Source: Bacteroidia bacterium | GTDB taxonomy: Bacteria > Bacteroidota > Bacteroidia > M30B66 | Direction of reading: 5' to 3' | NCBI GenBank assembly: GCA_965279035.1 | Contig: OZ257142.1 | Coordinates: forward strand, 1,568,001-1,632,000 | DNA length: 64,000 bases | In this document: positions 9,696-20,168 of the stretch, piece after piece | How positions within the stretch are numbered: the stretch's first letter is position 1 | How the letters are laid out: each line of letters opens with the position of its first letter | Notes under the pieces: generated by a model | What the model saw: the letters and a program-made list of their open reading frames with translations, nothing else | Databases searched by the model: none | Told to the model about the DNA's origin: nothing | Made by a program: the position numbers and the translations under genes

Positions 9696-10163
9696 TTATT
9701 CTTCAGATGGATCACCTTTCACGTAGCCTGTCAGCACAATTAAACTTGTTGCAGGTTCTGTGTTTGCGTAAATGGTAATGGTTTTATTGGCTTTTCCTAC
9801 ACGACGTTCGCTATTGAAAACAACATCGATTTTGCCTTTTTGTCCAGGGCGAATTGGTTCTTTTGGCCATTCAGGAATGGTACAACCACAACTCCCAATG
9901 GATTTAGTAATGATCAAATCGTTTTTTCCTGTATTTGTAAACGTGTACGCATGCGCTACTTTCTCGCCTTCTACAACCGTCCCAAAATTGAAAGTGTCTT
10001 GATCAAACTTAATAGCAGAAACAGGTACATTTTCAGTACCATCGGCCGATGCAGAATTATTGACCATGTCGGATGTTACTTTTCCATCGGACTTTTGATC
10101 ACAAGAGCCTAAGCTTAATAGGATAGCAGAAAATGCAAAAATGGAGATTCTAAAATGGTTCAT
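9696..10163 (-). CDS. DUF1573 lipoprotein
   Basis: Lipobox LGSC; FNFG...FTNTG...SCGCT.PEW. Confidence 0.9.
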   Translation of the reverse strand: MNHFRISIFAFSAILLSLGSCDQKSDGKVTSDMVNNSASADGTENVPVSAIKFDQDTFNFGTVVEGEKVAHAYTFTNTGKNDLIITKSIGSCGCTIPEWPKEPIRPGQKGKIDVVFNSERRVGKANKTITIYANTEPATSLIVLTGYVKGDPSEE

Positions 10164-10183
10164 TCTTCAAATTTTCGGGGTGG

Positions 10184-10191
10184 CAAAACTA
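10184..10191 (-). promoter_or_regulatory. Bacteroidota -7 promoter element
   Basis: TAGTTTTG (TAnnTTTG) 20 nt upstream of the DUF1573 ATG. Confidence 0.6.
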
Positions 10192-10279
10192 CGTAAAATT
10201 GCTCGTGTTCTCATTCTTTCAACTGAATGATTCTCCATCAATGTTTCGAATCAATTCAAATAAATAGATGCGTTGAAGT

Positions 10280-12067
10280 TTAATGTTGAATAATCACAGG
10301 AAAATGCTTCTGTCCAGCATGAATAAAATAAATCCCTGAGCTGTATGTTTCAAGATTGAGTTGTTTTTGTTCACCCGCCTCAATCGTTAGTTGTGTAATG
10401 ATTTTACCACTCGCATCCGTTAATCGAACTAAACTCGATTCATGTTGATTATTCTTTATTGATAGAAAAGCATTGGCTGGATTAGGGAAAACTTGAATTC
10501 CAGATTGATCATTGACTTTATTTAAACCAGCATTATGCTGAATATAGAGAGCAACAATGTATGGTGAACTTTCACACCCATTCGAATCTGTTGCAATAAC
10601 TTCTGCTTGAATGATTCCTGTTAAATCGTTCCAAACAACCACAAGCGTATCGCCATCCAAGGAGTGAAACGAATTGTTGAGTAATGAATTATCTCCGCTA
10701 AAATTCCAAGAATAAGTAAGATCTGAACTTCCTGTTGCATACAGTAATCCTGTTCCACCTGCCGTTTGAATAGTATCTCCATGAAATGCTAAAACAGGAC
10801 GAGGAAGGAGACTCACTTCAATAGAATCGAAACGGCTATAACAGCCATTGGTACTCATTCCTACGATATATAAACCAGCACCTTCGACAGGAATATTTAC
10901 AACTTGTGGTTCACGAATATTCGATGTGAAATTATTTGGACCAATCCAATGATAAGTTGAATTAGCCACATTATTTACACTGAGCTGAAGCGTTCCACCT
11001 TCACACACGATATTTCCCGCTTCAACAATTTGAGGCTTTTGAGGAATAGTAACTTGAACGTTGATTGTTCGAATAGTTGTGCAATTGTCGCCAGTCACGG
11101 TGAGTGTATAGTTCCCACCCATGCCTGCGGTAATATTTAAGCGTGTTGGACTTAATTCAGTAGTTGAAAATCCTGCCGGACCAGTCCATAAAACGGTTGA
11201 ATTACTTGGAATTGTAGCCGAAAGATGCAAATCGGAACCAATACAAACAGGTGCATTCGATTGAACCGTCACATCGCATGGCAAACAACTTTCTGGAGCA
11301 ATGTAGTTAGCAGTTTTAGTACATGTTGGATCGATACTGAAAGTGGCAGTGATGGTGTAATTTTGACCATCGGAATTTAAATTATTCAGTGTGTAATCAA
11401 TTTGACCATTAAATGGGGCATTAAAATTTTGAGAAACTGTTCCATTCGAAATAGTAAGAGTTCCTGCTTGTGGTGGATTGAACGTGAATACGGAACCGGT
11501 TACTGAATATTTACTTGTTGCTGTATCGCAAATGGAAGGAGTTGCAGTCAACAAATTCATTGAACAAACTGGGTCAAATTCACAGTCAAAATCTCCAGTA
11601 CCAGCTGTTTGGTTAAAGGTGACATTGGTTGGTGTATTCGAATAATTGGTGATGAGTAGAAAATAATAATCACCAGAAGTTGTAGAAGAAAAATTGATTG
11701 TTTCAGTTGAACCTCCCGAATAGCTGCATGCTGCAGTGTGAGCTACATCGAGCGAATTGCAATTTCCTGTAGGATTGGTAAATGGTCCATAAAGGATGAA
11801 ATCGAGATCTTGTCCATCCGAATTTGATTCTAAAATGGTGTGGGTACCAGGGTTTCCAATGCGGAATAAAAACCAAGCTGGATTATTTTGAGAACCTAAA
11901 CATCCATAGTCAGGACCTGTTTCAGCGGAACCTTGATCAGTTGAAGCTGGGTATGTAACTGGCTGTGTAAGGCAAATTTGAATAGCTCCTGCACAGGTGG
12001 TGTTTCCAATTTGTGCATGTAGAAAACTTCCCGTTAGGATGGCAATGATGGTAATAATACGTTTCAT
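10280..12067 (-). CDS. T9SS type A sorting-domain protein with Ig-like repeats
   Basis: Signal peptide (LHA-Q), NPAWF/DLDFILYGPF N-domain, WTGPxGF Ig repeats, VFPNPA CTD. Confidence 0.85.
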   Translation of the reverse strand: MKRIITIIAILTGSFLHAQIGNTTCAGAIQICLTQPVTYPASTDQGSAETGPDYGCLGSQNNPAWFLFRIGNPGTHTILESNSDGQDLDFILYGPFTNPTGNCNSLDVAHTAACSYSGGSTETINFSSTTSGDYYFLLITNYSNTPTNVTFNQTAGTGDFDCEFDPVCSMNLLTATPSICDTATSKYSVTGSVFTFNPPQAGTLTISNGTVSQNFNAPFNGQIDYTLNNLNSDGQNYTITATFSIDPTCTKTANYIAPESCLPCDVTVQSNAPVCIGSDLHLSATIPSNSTVLWTGPAGFSTTELSPTRLNITAGMGGNYTLTVTGDNCTTIRTINVQVTIPQKPQIVEAGNIVCEGGTLQLSVNNVANSTYHWIGPNNFTSNIREPQVVNIPVEGAGLYIVGMSTNGCYSRFDSIEVSLLPRPVLAFHGDTIQTAGGTGLLYATGSSDLTYSWNFSGDNSLLNNSFHSLDGDTLVVVWNDLTGIIQAEVIATDSNGCESSPYIVALYIQHNAGLNKVNDQSGIQVFPNPANAFLSIKNNQHESSLVRLTDASGKIITQLTIEAGEQKQLNLETYSSGIYFIHAGQKHFPVIIQH

Positions 12068-12109
12068 CGTTTGTTGAAATGGAGTCGCAAGTTAGCAATT
12101 GCTCGATAC

Positions 12110-12700
12110 TTAAAAAGCAAGCAATTCTTCGTAAAGTTCTTTGGTAGGTAATCCCATCACATTGAAATAGGAACCATTTAAACTTTCAACCCCAATATAC
12201 CCTATCCATTCTTGAATTCCGTAGGCTCCTGCTTTATCAAGTGGGCGGAATGTTTCGGTATAATAGAGGATTTCATCTTCGTTTAGAGATTTAAAAACAA
12301 CCTCTGTCACCGCATAAAATGATAGGCTTTTCTTCAGTGATGTGAGACTAACGGCCGTTATTACTTCGTGTGTTTTTCCTGAAATCCGGTTGAGCATATA
12401 GCGAGCCTCTGCTAAATCGGCTGGTTTATTTAGCACTTGATTCCCTATCCACACAATGGTATCGGCAGTAATGACAAGCTGATTATCACCAATATTTATT
12501 TTAGCTTCTTCGGCTTTCAATCGGGATAAAAAAAGCGGAATTGATTCACGTTGAAGCTTTTCGGGAAATTGTTCATCCACATTCAATTTCATCACACTGA
12601 AATTCAGTCCAAGTTCCTTTAAAAGTTGTTGTCGGCGCGGAGATGCAGATGCGAGAATAATTTCTGTACCGGCAAGTTTTTTTAGGAGTTGCATAATCAA
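12110..12700 (-). CDS. maf: Maf-family nucleoside triphosphate pyrophosphatase
   Basis: ILASASPRR, ITADTIV, DKAGAYGIQ, NVMGLP. Confidence 0.95.
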   Translation of the reverse strand: MIMQLLKKLAGTEIILASASPRRQQLLKELGLNFSVMKLNVDEQFPEKLQRESIPLFLSRLKAEEAKINIGDNQLVITADTIVWIGNQVLNKPADLAEARYMLNRISGKTHEVITAVSLTSLKKSLSFYAVTEVVFKSLNEDEILYYTETFRPLDKAGAYGIQEWIGYIGVESLNGSYFNVMGLPTKELYEELLAF

Positions 12701-13725
12701 TAAGTGAAACGGAATACAAACATAGAAAGTACTCCCGTAACAATGAGTAATTTACATAATATAGATGCTTTGGAATAATCGCTTTTTTGAAGCGCTCGCC
12801 ACAAGCGAATAATCAACACAGTGAAGGGAACTTGAACGGCAATAAGGATATACCAAAACATCCCTTTATACGCTCCTAACCAGAGTTGCTTTTGAATAAA
12901 TCCAAGCAAAATCATCGTAAACAAAACGACACTGATTGCAATAAATCGTGCTTGCTCTTCGCCTAAAACAATGGGAATTGTGCGCGCTCCATCAGCCTCA
13001 TCTCCTTCGGTATCTTCAATATCTTTAACGATTTCACGGATGAGATTACTTAAAAATGCAAAAGCCGAATAACCAATTACTAGAAATGCACCTTTGCGTA
13101 AAAGACTGTTTCCCATGCCTTCAACATAACTATTCAAAATATTAAGGTTGATGATTGAACCCGAAGCAAATTCGAACAATCCGGCAGTGACAGGAACCAA
13201 TGCAGCCAATAAGGATATCAAGAGATTTCCAGAAAGCAACTGTTTTTTAAGATGTGTGGAATAAAACCACAAGGCCACAATACTAAATAAATGGATGGCC
13301 GAAAGCTTCCAATTACCCACTTTCAGTGCGAGATAAATCCCAAGTAAAAGTCCAATGCTGCTTAATGTTAAATGCAGTATCATCGCCACACGGCGCTTAA
13401 TCACTCTTCCTACAATGACTTGATCAGGCTTGTTGATGCGATCAATACGTGTATCGAAATAATCGTTGATGATGTATCCGGCTGCAGCAATAAACAAAAT
13501 GGAAATGACTAATAATCCAAAGTCAATTCCCTGCATGTGTAAACCTAGTCCTTGAACGCTATAGCCCAATCGGAGCATATCACCAATGGCATGATGCCAA
13601 ACAGGTTCCATCAAACCATAACGAACACCACACAAAGTGAGTGCTATGATGATGAGATTGGGTAAGCGAATAAGACGGAGGAAATCGAGCATAATGGTGT
13701 CCAAAAATAATAGAAAAACACCCAA
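12697..13725 (-). CDS. UbiA-family prenyltransferase (DGGGP synthase-like)
   Basis: NDYFD...DRINKP and REIVKDIED..GD motifs; probable start Met at 13692. Confidence 0.9.
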   Translation of the reverse strand: MGVFLLFLDTIMLDFLRLIRLPNLIIIALTLCGVRYGLMEPVWHHAIGDMLRLGYSVQGLGLHMQGIDFGLLVISILFIAAAGYIINDYFDTRIDRINKPDQVIVGRVIKRRVAMILHLTLSSIGLLLGIYLALKVGNWKLSAIHLFSIVALWFYSTHLKKQLLSGNLLISLLAALVPVTAGLFEFASGSIINLNILNSYVEGMGNSLLRKGAFLVIGYSAFAFLSNLIREIVKDIEDTEGDEADGARTIPIVLGEEQARFIAISVVLFTMILLGFIQKQLWLGAYKGMFWYILIAVQVPFTVLIIRLWRALQKSDYSKASILCKLLIVTGVLSMFVFRFTY

Positions 13726-13777
13726 TCAATGGCAAAGGATGTTAAGGGATTGAGAACATTTACTGCTCTTTGTCGGA

Positions 13778-14290
13778 TTACCAAGTGAATGCATCGGCGT
13801 CCATCCACTTCTCCTGACTTCGTAATACATGTTCTAGTACTTCACGAACCGCCCCCTTTCCTCCAGCAGCTGCACTAACGTAATGTGCAATAGCTCTAAT
13901 ATCTTGGGCGGCATCAGCTGGACAAGCAGCAAAACCACAGCGCTGCATGACTTCATAATCAGGAATATCGTCGCCCATATAGAGGCATTCGGATTCTTTT
14001 AGGTCACATTCAATGAGAAGATCTTCGAAGCGTTCTATTTTGCGGGAAACGCTCATGTAGATGTGCTCAATCCCAAAGCTGGAGAGTCGTTCACGCATCA
14101 TTTCGGATTTTCCACCGGAGATAATCATCACTATAAAACCTTTCTTTACGGCAAGTTGTAAGGCGTAACAATCTTTGATGTGCAGGTTTCGAATTTGTGT
14201 CCCATCGGGAAGTAAAGTAACACTGCCATCGGTCAATACACCATCAATGTCGAAGAGCAAAGCCCGAATATTCTTCAGTTTTTCCTGCAT
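13778..14290 (-). CDS. kdsC: KDO 8-phosphate phosphatase (HAD)
   Basis: FDIDGVLTDG, YMGDDIPD, GGKGAVRE. Confidence 0.9.
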   Translation of the reverse strand: MQEKLKNIRALLFDIDGVLTDGSVTLLPDGTQIRNLHIKDCYALQLAVKKGFIVMIISGGKSEMMRERLSSFGIEHIYMSVSRKIERFEDLLIECDLKESECLYMGDDIPDYEVMQRCGFAACPADAAQDIRAIAHYVSAAAGGKGAVREVLEHVLRSQEKWMDADAFTW

Positions 14291-15069
14291 CAGTTTCGTT
14301 TGCTACGTTCAGATATTTGCTTGCTCAATAATGCGTAAACCTCTGCAAACTCAGGGAAATCTTTCAACATGCTTAAATGCAATGCAATGGTTGTTTGATC
14401 GTTTCTACTTGCCGGTCCCGTTTGGGTGAGCTTTGGAGAACTTGTCTTAAAACGTTGGGCACTTTGCTCAATCATAGGCATCAGAAACTGAAAATCAAGT
14501 CCGTTTGCCAAACACCATTCTTCGGTGAGCACCATTAAGTGATTCACGAAATTATTCGCTCCCACAGCAGCTAAATGAAGCATTCGTCTTTGCTCACCTG
14601 ATAGCCAGGCAAATGGACCACCCAGATTCTTAGCTAGTTCGGAGATTTCGCTGTGAGCAAATTCATCGGAAGCTTCTAGGCAAAGTGGAACATTTTTCCA
14701 GTTAATGCTGTTTCCGATAGTGAAACTTTGGTTTGGCCATATAACGCCTGTGTGAGCTGCAGTTCCACTGATTAAATCCATCGATGATGTTCCTGAAAGG
14801 TGGATGATCAAGTCGAAGCGACCAGTTAGCTCATGTGCAACAGTTTGTATGGCATGATCGCTCACGCATAAGATTCCAATGGAGTTGGTTGGAATTTCTG
14901 AGATTTCATTGAGCAGTTTGATTCCTGTTTCTTCCGAAATGGTTTGGGCTATTTGAGAATTTCTTCCCCAAATGAAAATGGAATAATCATCTAAGCTTGC
15001 CAGTTTTTCTGCAAGGTGACGGGCAATTTTACCTGTCCCGATTAAACAGATGTTTTTATGCTTGAGCAC
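14290..15069 (-). CDS. Rossmann-like/DUF2520 oxidoreductase-like protein
   Basis: IGTGKIA, HLSG, LHLAAV..NNF, QTGPASRND. Confidence 0.85.
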   Translation of the reverse strand: MLKHKNICLIGTGKIARHLAEKLASLDDYSIFIWGRNSQIAQTISEETGIKLLNEISEIPTNSIGILCVSDHAIQTVAHELTGRFDLIIHLSGTSSMDLISGTAAHTGVIWPNQSFTIGNSINWKNVPLCLEASDEFAHSEISELAKNLGGPFAWLSGEQRRMLHLAAVGANNFVNHLMVLTEEWCLANGLDFQFLMPMIEQSAQRFKTSSPKLTQTGPASRNDQTTIALHLSMLKDFPEFAEVYALLSKQISERSKRN

Positions 15070-17683
15070 GTTTACGTCCGGATGGTTTAATTCTCGCCCA
15101 AACTGCCATTCCCGTTCCGATTGCCATCAGCAAGGAGCCAATCCACAGAATATTGATTCCAGGGAAAATGATGGCTTTCATAATGATAAAATCGTTGGTA
15201 TTGCTCACTTTTTCACTTACTCGAATATGAAATGTTTCGGTCTCCGGATCGATTTTCCAAAAGCTGAATTTCAATCCGGAAGCTTCCACTTCATCTTCAA
15301 TGGCGAAGGTGGTGTTTCCACGTAAAACATACAGTGGAAGAGCATTTACGGTTTTGCTATTCACATTCAAGACTCGAAGTTGAGCACCTACTGGCATATC
15401 GCCAGGTCTTAATTGAGAAGAAGAATTTAATGGAACATCTTTTTGAATATTATCTATAATTACCAAACTGTTGCTGGTAAACATGGTATCGCCCAAATGC
15501 AACTGATAATCTTGAGGATCTTTCCACTCCGATTCTTTCTTCTTGTTATTTTCCTCCAGTTTCGCATACGTGATGTGCGTAAAAATATCGCGACCTAAAT
15601 AGTGCTTCGTTGCTGGTTCTGCCACATTTCCCATGCGTGGATTTGTCTGTATAAGCGGACTTAAACGAAAAGCTAATTCAGGTTGACCAGCAGCATTCTT
15701 CTTGTAATAATCAACATTGTAGTAAATATTAATACCATCAATCGAATCACCTCGATAACTTACGTTAAACTCGCCCATTTGAACCGTATCGTTGCGGGCA
15801 AGAAGGATGTTTTCTTGGTTCGGAAAATCTTTTCCTAAATCGAATGAGCTTTTGTTTTGGGAGATGAATTCTTTCTTTCCAGCCGATATCAATGCACCCA
15901 TCAATACCAATGCAAACCCAACATGAGCCACAGAAGAACCAGCTTTCGCCATTTTGAACTTCAGCACAACAAATAAATAATGGAAGTTGGCGAGAGTAGC
16001 AAACAAGGAAGCGAATAGTAGTAATAGCAACAATGGCTGATCGATTTCCATCCACAAACCAATCAGGGCAGTCAATACAAAGGCAATGGTGAATGGTATT
16101 AATATCTTCTTGTAGAAGTCAGCCATCGGGGTTTTCTTGTACTTAAGAAATTGTCCAATCGCCATGAGAACCGCTACGATTACTGCAAACGGAATCTGCC
16201 AAGCATTATAATGTTGGCTTGCATCTTTGGGTGAAGCCATATTGGCATCAGCCAGTTTTGAAAAAAGATCAGAGTTGAAAATGCCATTGAGCCAACCAAA
16301 GAATCCAGCTAGATTTCCAGCTAGGAATTTATTGATTACAGGTGTAGATGTAGAGAAAGTGATTTGGAAAGCAGAAATCAACAACACGAGCGCACCCACA
16401 AACATCCAGAATTCGCGTGAGCTCAAACTTTCTTCCTCTTCTTCCTTAGGCAGTGCTTTCGTAACCTGACGAATCATGATTCCGATTGCAATGAGCAAGA
16501 AAACAGCTGTCACCAATTTCATGAATCCCAAGAAGAAACTTACGAGTAAAAGTCCTACGCTTACCGTGTACCAAATAGTTCGGAAAGTTCCATGTGGTAA
16601 AGTAATCGCCGAAGGCAACCAAATAAAGAAGAACAGGTAAATAAGTAATTGCCCGGTCATACCTAAATCGGTGAAGGCATGCACCGAAGATTCACCCAAA
16701 ACGCCGCTACGTGTTAGGAAAGTAGAGTAGAGGATAAGGATGAAGGTGATGAAGACCATGAAGATCGCCATCATCACTGATTGACCTTTGGATTTGTTGA
16801 TGAGCATGACGTGTCCGCCAGCAACCAAGGTAAGCCAAGGAACAAGAGAAGCATTTTCAACTGGATCCCAAGCCCAGAAACCACCAAAGCTTAATGCTTC
16901 ATATGCCCAAGCGCCACCCATCAAAATTCCGGTTCCTAAGATGCTGATTCCGAAGAAAGTCCAAGGAAGTGCAGGTGCTATCCATTCGCGGTATTGTTTT
17001 CTCCAAATTCCGGCAATGGCGTATGCAAAAGGAAAAAGGGTGAGTGAGAATCCAAGAAATAGGGTTGGAGGATGAATCGTCATCCAATAATTCTGAAGCA
17101 AAGGATTTAAACCACGACCATCGAGTTTAGCTAGATAATCGGGCATTTGAATGAAAGGAAGTCCAACAAAATCGGGATGTTCGCGAAGTAAAATGAAAGG
17201 ATTACTTCCTATATGTACATCACCCACATACACACCTAAAAGCATCGATGCCAAGAAAACTTGAACAAGTGCCACAATGGTCATGGTACTAAATTCCCAA
17301 TCGCGACTTGTGCGGATGAGGATATTTCCAAGCACCATGTTCCAGAATGTCCAAAGGAGAAAACTACCTTCTTGTCCTTCCCAAAAGCAGGAAAGAATGT
17401 ATTTCATCTGCATGGCTTTATTGCTATGTTGCCATACATAATGGAATTCGAAATAGTGGTTGAACAGGATGAAAAACATCACCCCAATAATTCCTACAAC
17501 ACCAATTGAATGCAGTCGAAAGCCAATGCGTCCTAGTTTTTTCCAACCCGATGGATCAGCAGGATTCGTTTGTGCAAACCAATACGATACAGCCGACAAA
17601 ATAGCTGCTGCAAATGAAAGTGAAATAAACAGGTGACCGATTGTCCCCCAAATAGTGTGTTCTCCGATATAGTGAATGTCCAT
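15056..17683 (-). CDS. ccmF: Cytochrome c biogenesis heme lyase CcmF
   Basis: WEGQEGS, GLNPLLQ, HPP, GGFWAWDPVEN (WWD domain), SVHAF. Confidence 0.95.
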   Translation of the reverse strand: MDIHYIGEHTIWGTIGHLFISLSFAAAILSAVSYWFAQTNPADPSGWKKLGRIGFRLHSIGVVGIIGVMFFILFNHYFEFHYVWQHSNKAMQMKYILSCFWEGQEGSFLLWTFWNMVLGNILIRTSRDWEFSTMTIVALVQVFLASMLLGVYVGDVHIGSNPFILLREHPDFVGLPFIQMPDYLAKLDGRGLNPLLQNYWMTIHPPTLFLGFSLTLFPFAYAIAGIWRKQYREWIAPALPWTFFGISILGTGILMGGAWAYEALSFGGFWAWDPVENASLVPWLTLVAGGHVMLINKSKGQSVMMAIFMVFITFILILYSTFLTRSGVLGESSVHAFTDLGMTGQLLIYLFFFIWLPSAITLPHGTFRTIWYTVSVGLLLVSFFLGFMKLVTAVFLLIAIGIMIRQVTKALPKEEEEESLSSREFWMFVGALVLLISAFQITFSTSTPVINKFLAGNLAGFFGWLNGIFNSDLFSKLADANMASPKDASQHYNAWQIPFAVIVAVLMAIGQFLKYKKTPMADFYKKILIPFTIAFVLTALIGLWMEIDQPLLLLLLFASLFATLANFHYLFVVLKFKMAKAGSSVAHVGFALVLMGALISAGKKEFISQNKSSFDLGKDFPNQENILLARNDTVQMGEFNVSYRGDSIDGINIYYNVDYYKKNAAGQPELAFRLSPLIQTNPRMGNVAEPATKHYLGRDIFTHITYAKLEENNKKKESEWKDPQDYQLHLGDTMFTSNSLVIIDNIQKDVPLNSSSQLRPGDMPVGAQLRVLNVNSKTVNALPLYVLRGNTTFAIEDEVEASGLKFSFWKIDPETETFHIRVSEKVSNTNDFIIMKAIIFPGINILWIGSLLMAIGTGMAVWARIKPSGRKRAQA

Positions 17684-17705
17684 CCGCGCTATCCTCCTGT
17701 TTGAA

Positions 17706-18128
17706 TTACAAGGAGGTTGTTTTTTTGTCTTCTGCTTTGAATTCCTTCATGTCGCCGCTGCCGTTGTTGTATTTACTTGGGCATTTCATGAGAATTTTAT
17801 CGGCATTAAAGGTTTGTCCGTTCATTTTGCCGGTAATTACGACTTGTTCAGACTTCTCGAAATCCTGTGGTTTAGAACCATTGAAGAGGACTTTTTGTTC
17901 GAGTCCATCGCGATCGATGAGGTAAAATCCGAAGAGATTCGCGTTTTGTTCAGGATTGTATTCGAGTGGTTTATTCTTATTAAGTTTTCCCACTACGTGA
18001 AATTCTTGATTTGGAGCATCCATCGCTTCTTTGAAAGAGGCATAGGTGCTCGAATCGGAGAACGTGCTGAGAATCATACCGATTGCCAATGCAATGACAA
18101 GGATACCAATGATGTGAAACTTTTTCAT
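17706..18128 (-). CDS. ccmE: Heme chaperone CcmE (CxxxY variant)
   Basis: N-terminal TM, OB fold, ILMKCPSKY. Confidence 0.9.
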   Translation of the reverse strand: MKKFHIIGILVIALAIGMILSTFSDSSTYASFKEAMDAPNQEFHVVGKLNKNKPLEYNPEQNANLFGFYLIDRDGLEQKVLFNGSKPQDFEKSEQVVITGKMNGQTFNADKILMKCPSKYNNGSGDMKEFKAEDKKTTSL

Positions 18129-18349
18129 TCTTTTTCAGATTGACGCTGTTCTTTTTCGATACGGCTGATTTTGCGATCGAGCCGAATAAGGAAAATCACG
18201 ATGCCTGTAAACACAATAGATAGGATGGCAACAACGACATAGATTTTACCGTCGGCACGAAATGTATCGGCCATTTCTACATCATTCTGAGCCATCAGCC
18301 CGGTAGAAAAAAGGAGTGTGAAAAAAAGAAGGATGCGTTTAAAGGACAT
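18125..18349 (-). CDS. ccmD: CcmD family protein
   Basis: GKIYVVVAIL...LDRKISRIEK; between ccmC and ccmE; start reassigned to MSFKR. Confidence 0.8.
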   Translation of the reverse strand: MSFKRILLFFTLLFSTGLMAQNDVEMADTFRADGKIYVVVAILSIVFTGIVIFLIRLDRKISRIEKEQRQSEKE

Positions 18350-19076
18350 GAGTTGGATTACTTTCAGGACGTGAAAACTGTTTACGTAGTTGCTTATAGC
18401 GCACAATGGATGAGCGAATGGAAATATTGGCAATCCACAGTCCGGTCATGATCCAACCAAAAACGGCAGGATAAAATACCATGCGCATATTTTTATCGAG
18501 GTCGTATGAGCTGAATGCAGGATTTCCGCCATTTCCAGGATGGAGTGAATCGACTTTATTCATGCGAGGATACACTACCAAGAATACAATCAACAATACG
18601 AATGCGAAGATGTTGTAAACCGCTGCAACACGTGCACGTTTTTGTTCTTCGTCCATTGAATTGCGAAGGATAATGTAAGCGAAATAAATAAGCAGGGAAA
18701 TAGCAGCACCATTGAGTTTCGGATCATTCACCCACCAAGCGCCCCAAGTGAAATGTGCCCAAACACTTCCGGTAGTTATACCTAACATTCCCAATAGAAT
18801 TCCAACATTAGCATAATGTTCCGCTTTGATATCGTCTTCGAAACGGCCACTTGACAAATAGCGAATACTAAATACCAAGGAAGCTCCAAGAATGAAAATC
18901 ATCGAAAACCACATGGTTACGTGGAAGTAGAGATTGCGAATGGTTTCGTGAAGAATGGGTAAACGGGGAACGGTTCCCAAGAATCCCATGATAATGGAAT
19001 AGAAAACCAAACAAACACCCAGCATTTTCCACCAATTTCGGGAGAGGAATGATGCTGAGGCAGGTGATTGAGACAT
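18339..19076 (-). CDS. ccmC: Heme exporter CcmC
   Basis: YFHV, WAHFTWGAWWVNDPK, LHP; start reassigned to MSQS because a promoter motif lies at 19100-19107. Confidence 0.9.
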   Translation of the reverse strand: MSQSPASASFLSRNWWKMLGVCLVFYSIIMGFLGTVPRLPILHETIRNLYFHVTMWFSMIFILGASLVFSIRYLSSGRFEDDIKAEHYANVGILLGMLGITTGSVWAHFTWGAWWVNDPKLNGAAISLLIYFAYIILRNSMDEEQKRARVAAVYNIFAFVLLIVFLVVYPRMNKVDSLHPGNGGNPAFSSYDLDKNMRMVFYPAVFGWIMTGLWIANISIRSSIVRYKQLRKQFSRPESNPTHVL

Positions 19077-19099
19077 AAAAGGCTTTTCGGTTGAGGTGG

Positions 19100-19107
19100 C
19101 AAAATTA
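19100..19107 (-). promoter_or_regulatory. Bacteroidota -7 promoter element (ccm operon)
   Basis: TAATTTTG upstream of ccmC. Confidence 0.6.
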
Positions 19108-19192
19108 GTCAATAATGCAATCGGTTGCTTGTTCGAAAATGTTCTAATAATTCCCTTTTCAACAGAATGAGTTTCTTCAGTTTTTTTTCATA

Positions 19193-19660
19193 TTGCAGAA
19201 AACCAAACCCGATTCAATGCAATCCTATTCTCCACTTGATTCAAATCAACAAAGTCAGGGAATTCAACTAGAATTTGCAGCGAAAAACTATTTATTACGC
19301 ACGGCAAAATGGGCTAAGTTTCTATCTATTGTCGGGTTTATTTTTGCCGGAATCATGGTGTTGGCTTCCATTTTTATCGGGATTTTTCTTGGAAATAGAA
19401 TTTCGAACGAAATCCCCGGATTTGTTTTTACAATCATCTATTTAGTCATAGGTGGAATTGCAATTCCTCCCATTTTATCACTCTATCGTTTTTCCGAAAG
19501 AGCCAAATCTGCTTGTAATCAAGGAGATTCTTTTTCATTAACCGAAGCATTGGGGCAACTCCATGCCCATTATCGATACAATGGAATTTTATTAATCATC
19601 GTCCTAAGTTCCTACTTGTTAGCGATTTTGGGAGGTGTTTTATATGCACTACTTCAATAA
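19193..19660 (+). CDS. DUF5362-like membrane protein
   Basis: L..TAKWAKFLSIVGFI signature, 3 TM helices. Confidence 0.7.
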   Translation: MQKTKPDSMQSYSPLDSNQQSQGIQLEFAAKNYLLRTAKWAKFLSIVGFIFAGIMVLASIFIGIFLGNRISNEIPGFVFTIIYLVIGGIAIPPILSLYRFSERAKSACNQGDSFSLTEALGQLHAHYRYNGILLIIVLSSYLLAILGGVLYALLQ

Positions 19661-19688
19661 TTAATAACCAACCCAAACCCCTTTTACT

Positions 19689-20123
19689 ATGGAAAACAAC
19701 ATACTCGATCAATCATCAGTTCAAAACGGACAAGTAGAATACGCCGGTTTTTGGACACGTTTCTTAGCTGCATTAATTGATGGACTTTTACTCGGCGCCA
19801 TTGGATATGGAATCGCAGCTATTCTTGGAGTAGATCAAACCAAAATGGGAGCTTTTCAAGGTATCACCATTATTCTTCAATGGTTGTATTATTCTTTTAT
19901 GGAATCTTCCGAAAAGCAAGCAACATTAGGGAAACAAGCCATGGGAATTAAAGTGACTACAATGGATGGTGAGCGAATCAATTTTGCTCAAGCTACTGGA
20001 CGTTATTTTTCTAAAATCCTATCTGCTTTGATTCTATTAATTGGTTACATCATGGCAGCGTTTACTGAAAAGAAACAAGCTTTGCACGATATCATTGCAG
20101 GAACTCTTGTCGTAAAAAAATAG
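19689..20123 (+). CDS. RDD family protein
   Basis: YAGFWTRFLAALID, QATLGK, QALHDIIAGT. Confidence 0.92.
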   Translation: MENNILDQSSVQNGQVEYAGFWTRFLAALIDGLLLGAIGYGIAAILGVDQTKMGAFQGITIILQWLYYSFMESSEKQATLGKQAMGIKVTTMDGERINFAQATGRYFSKILSALILLIGYIMAAFTEKKQALHDIIAGTLVVKK

Positions 20124-20135
20124 ACTTATTCGTCT

Positions 20136-20163
20136 GCAACCTCGGACTTCAGTCCGAGGTTAC
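20136..20163. repeat. REP-like palindrome / bidirectional terminator between convergent genes
   Basis: AACCTCGGACT-TC-AGTCCGAGGTT perfect 11-bp stem. Confidence 0.7.
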
Positions 20164-20168
20164 ATGGG

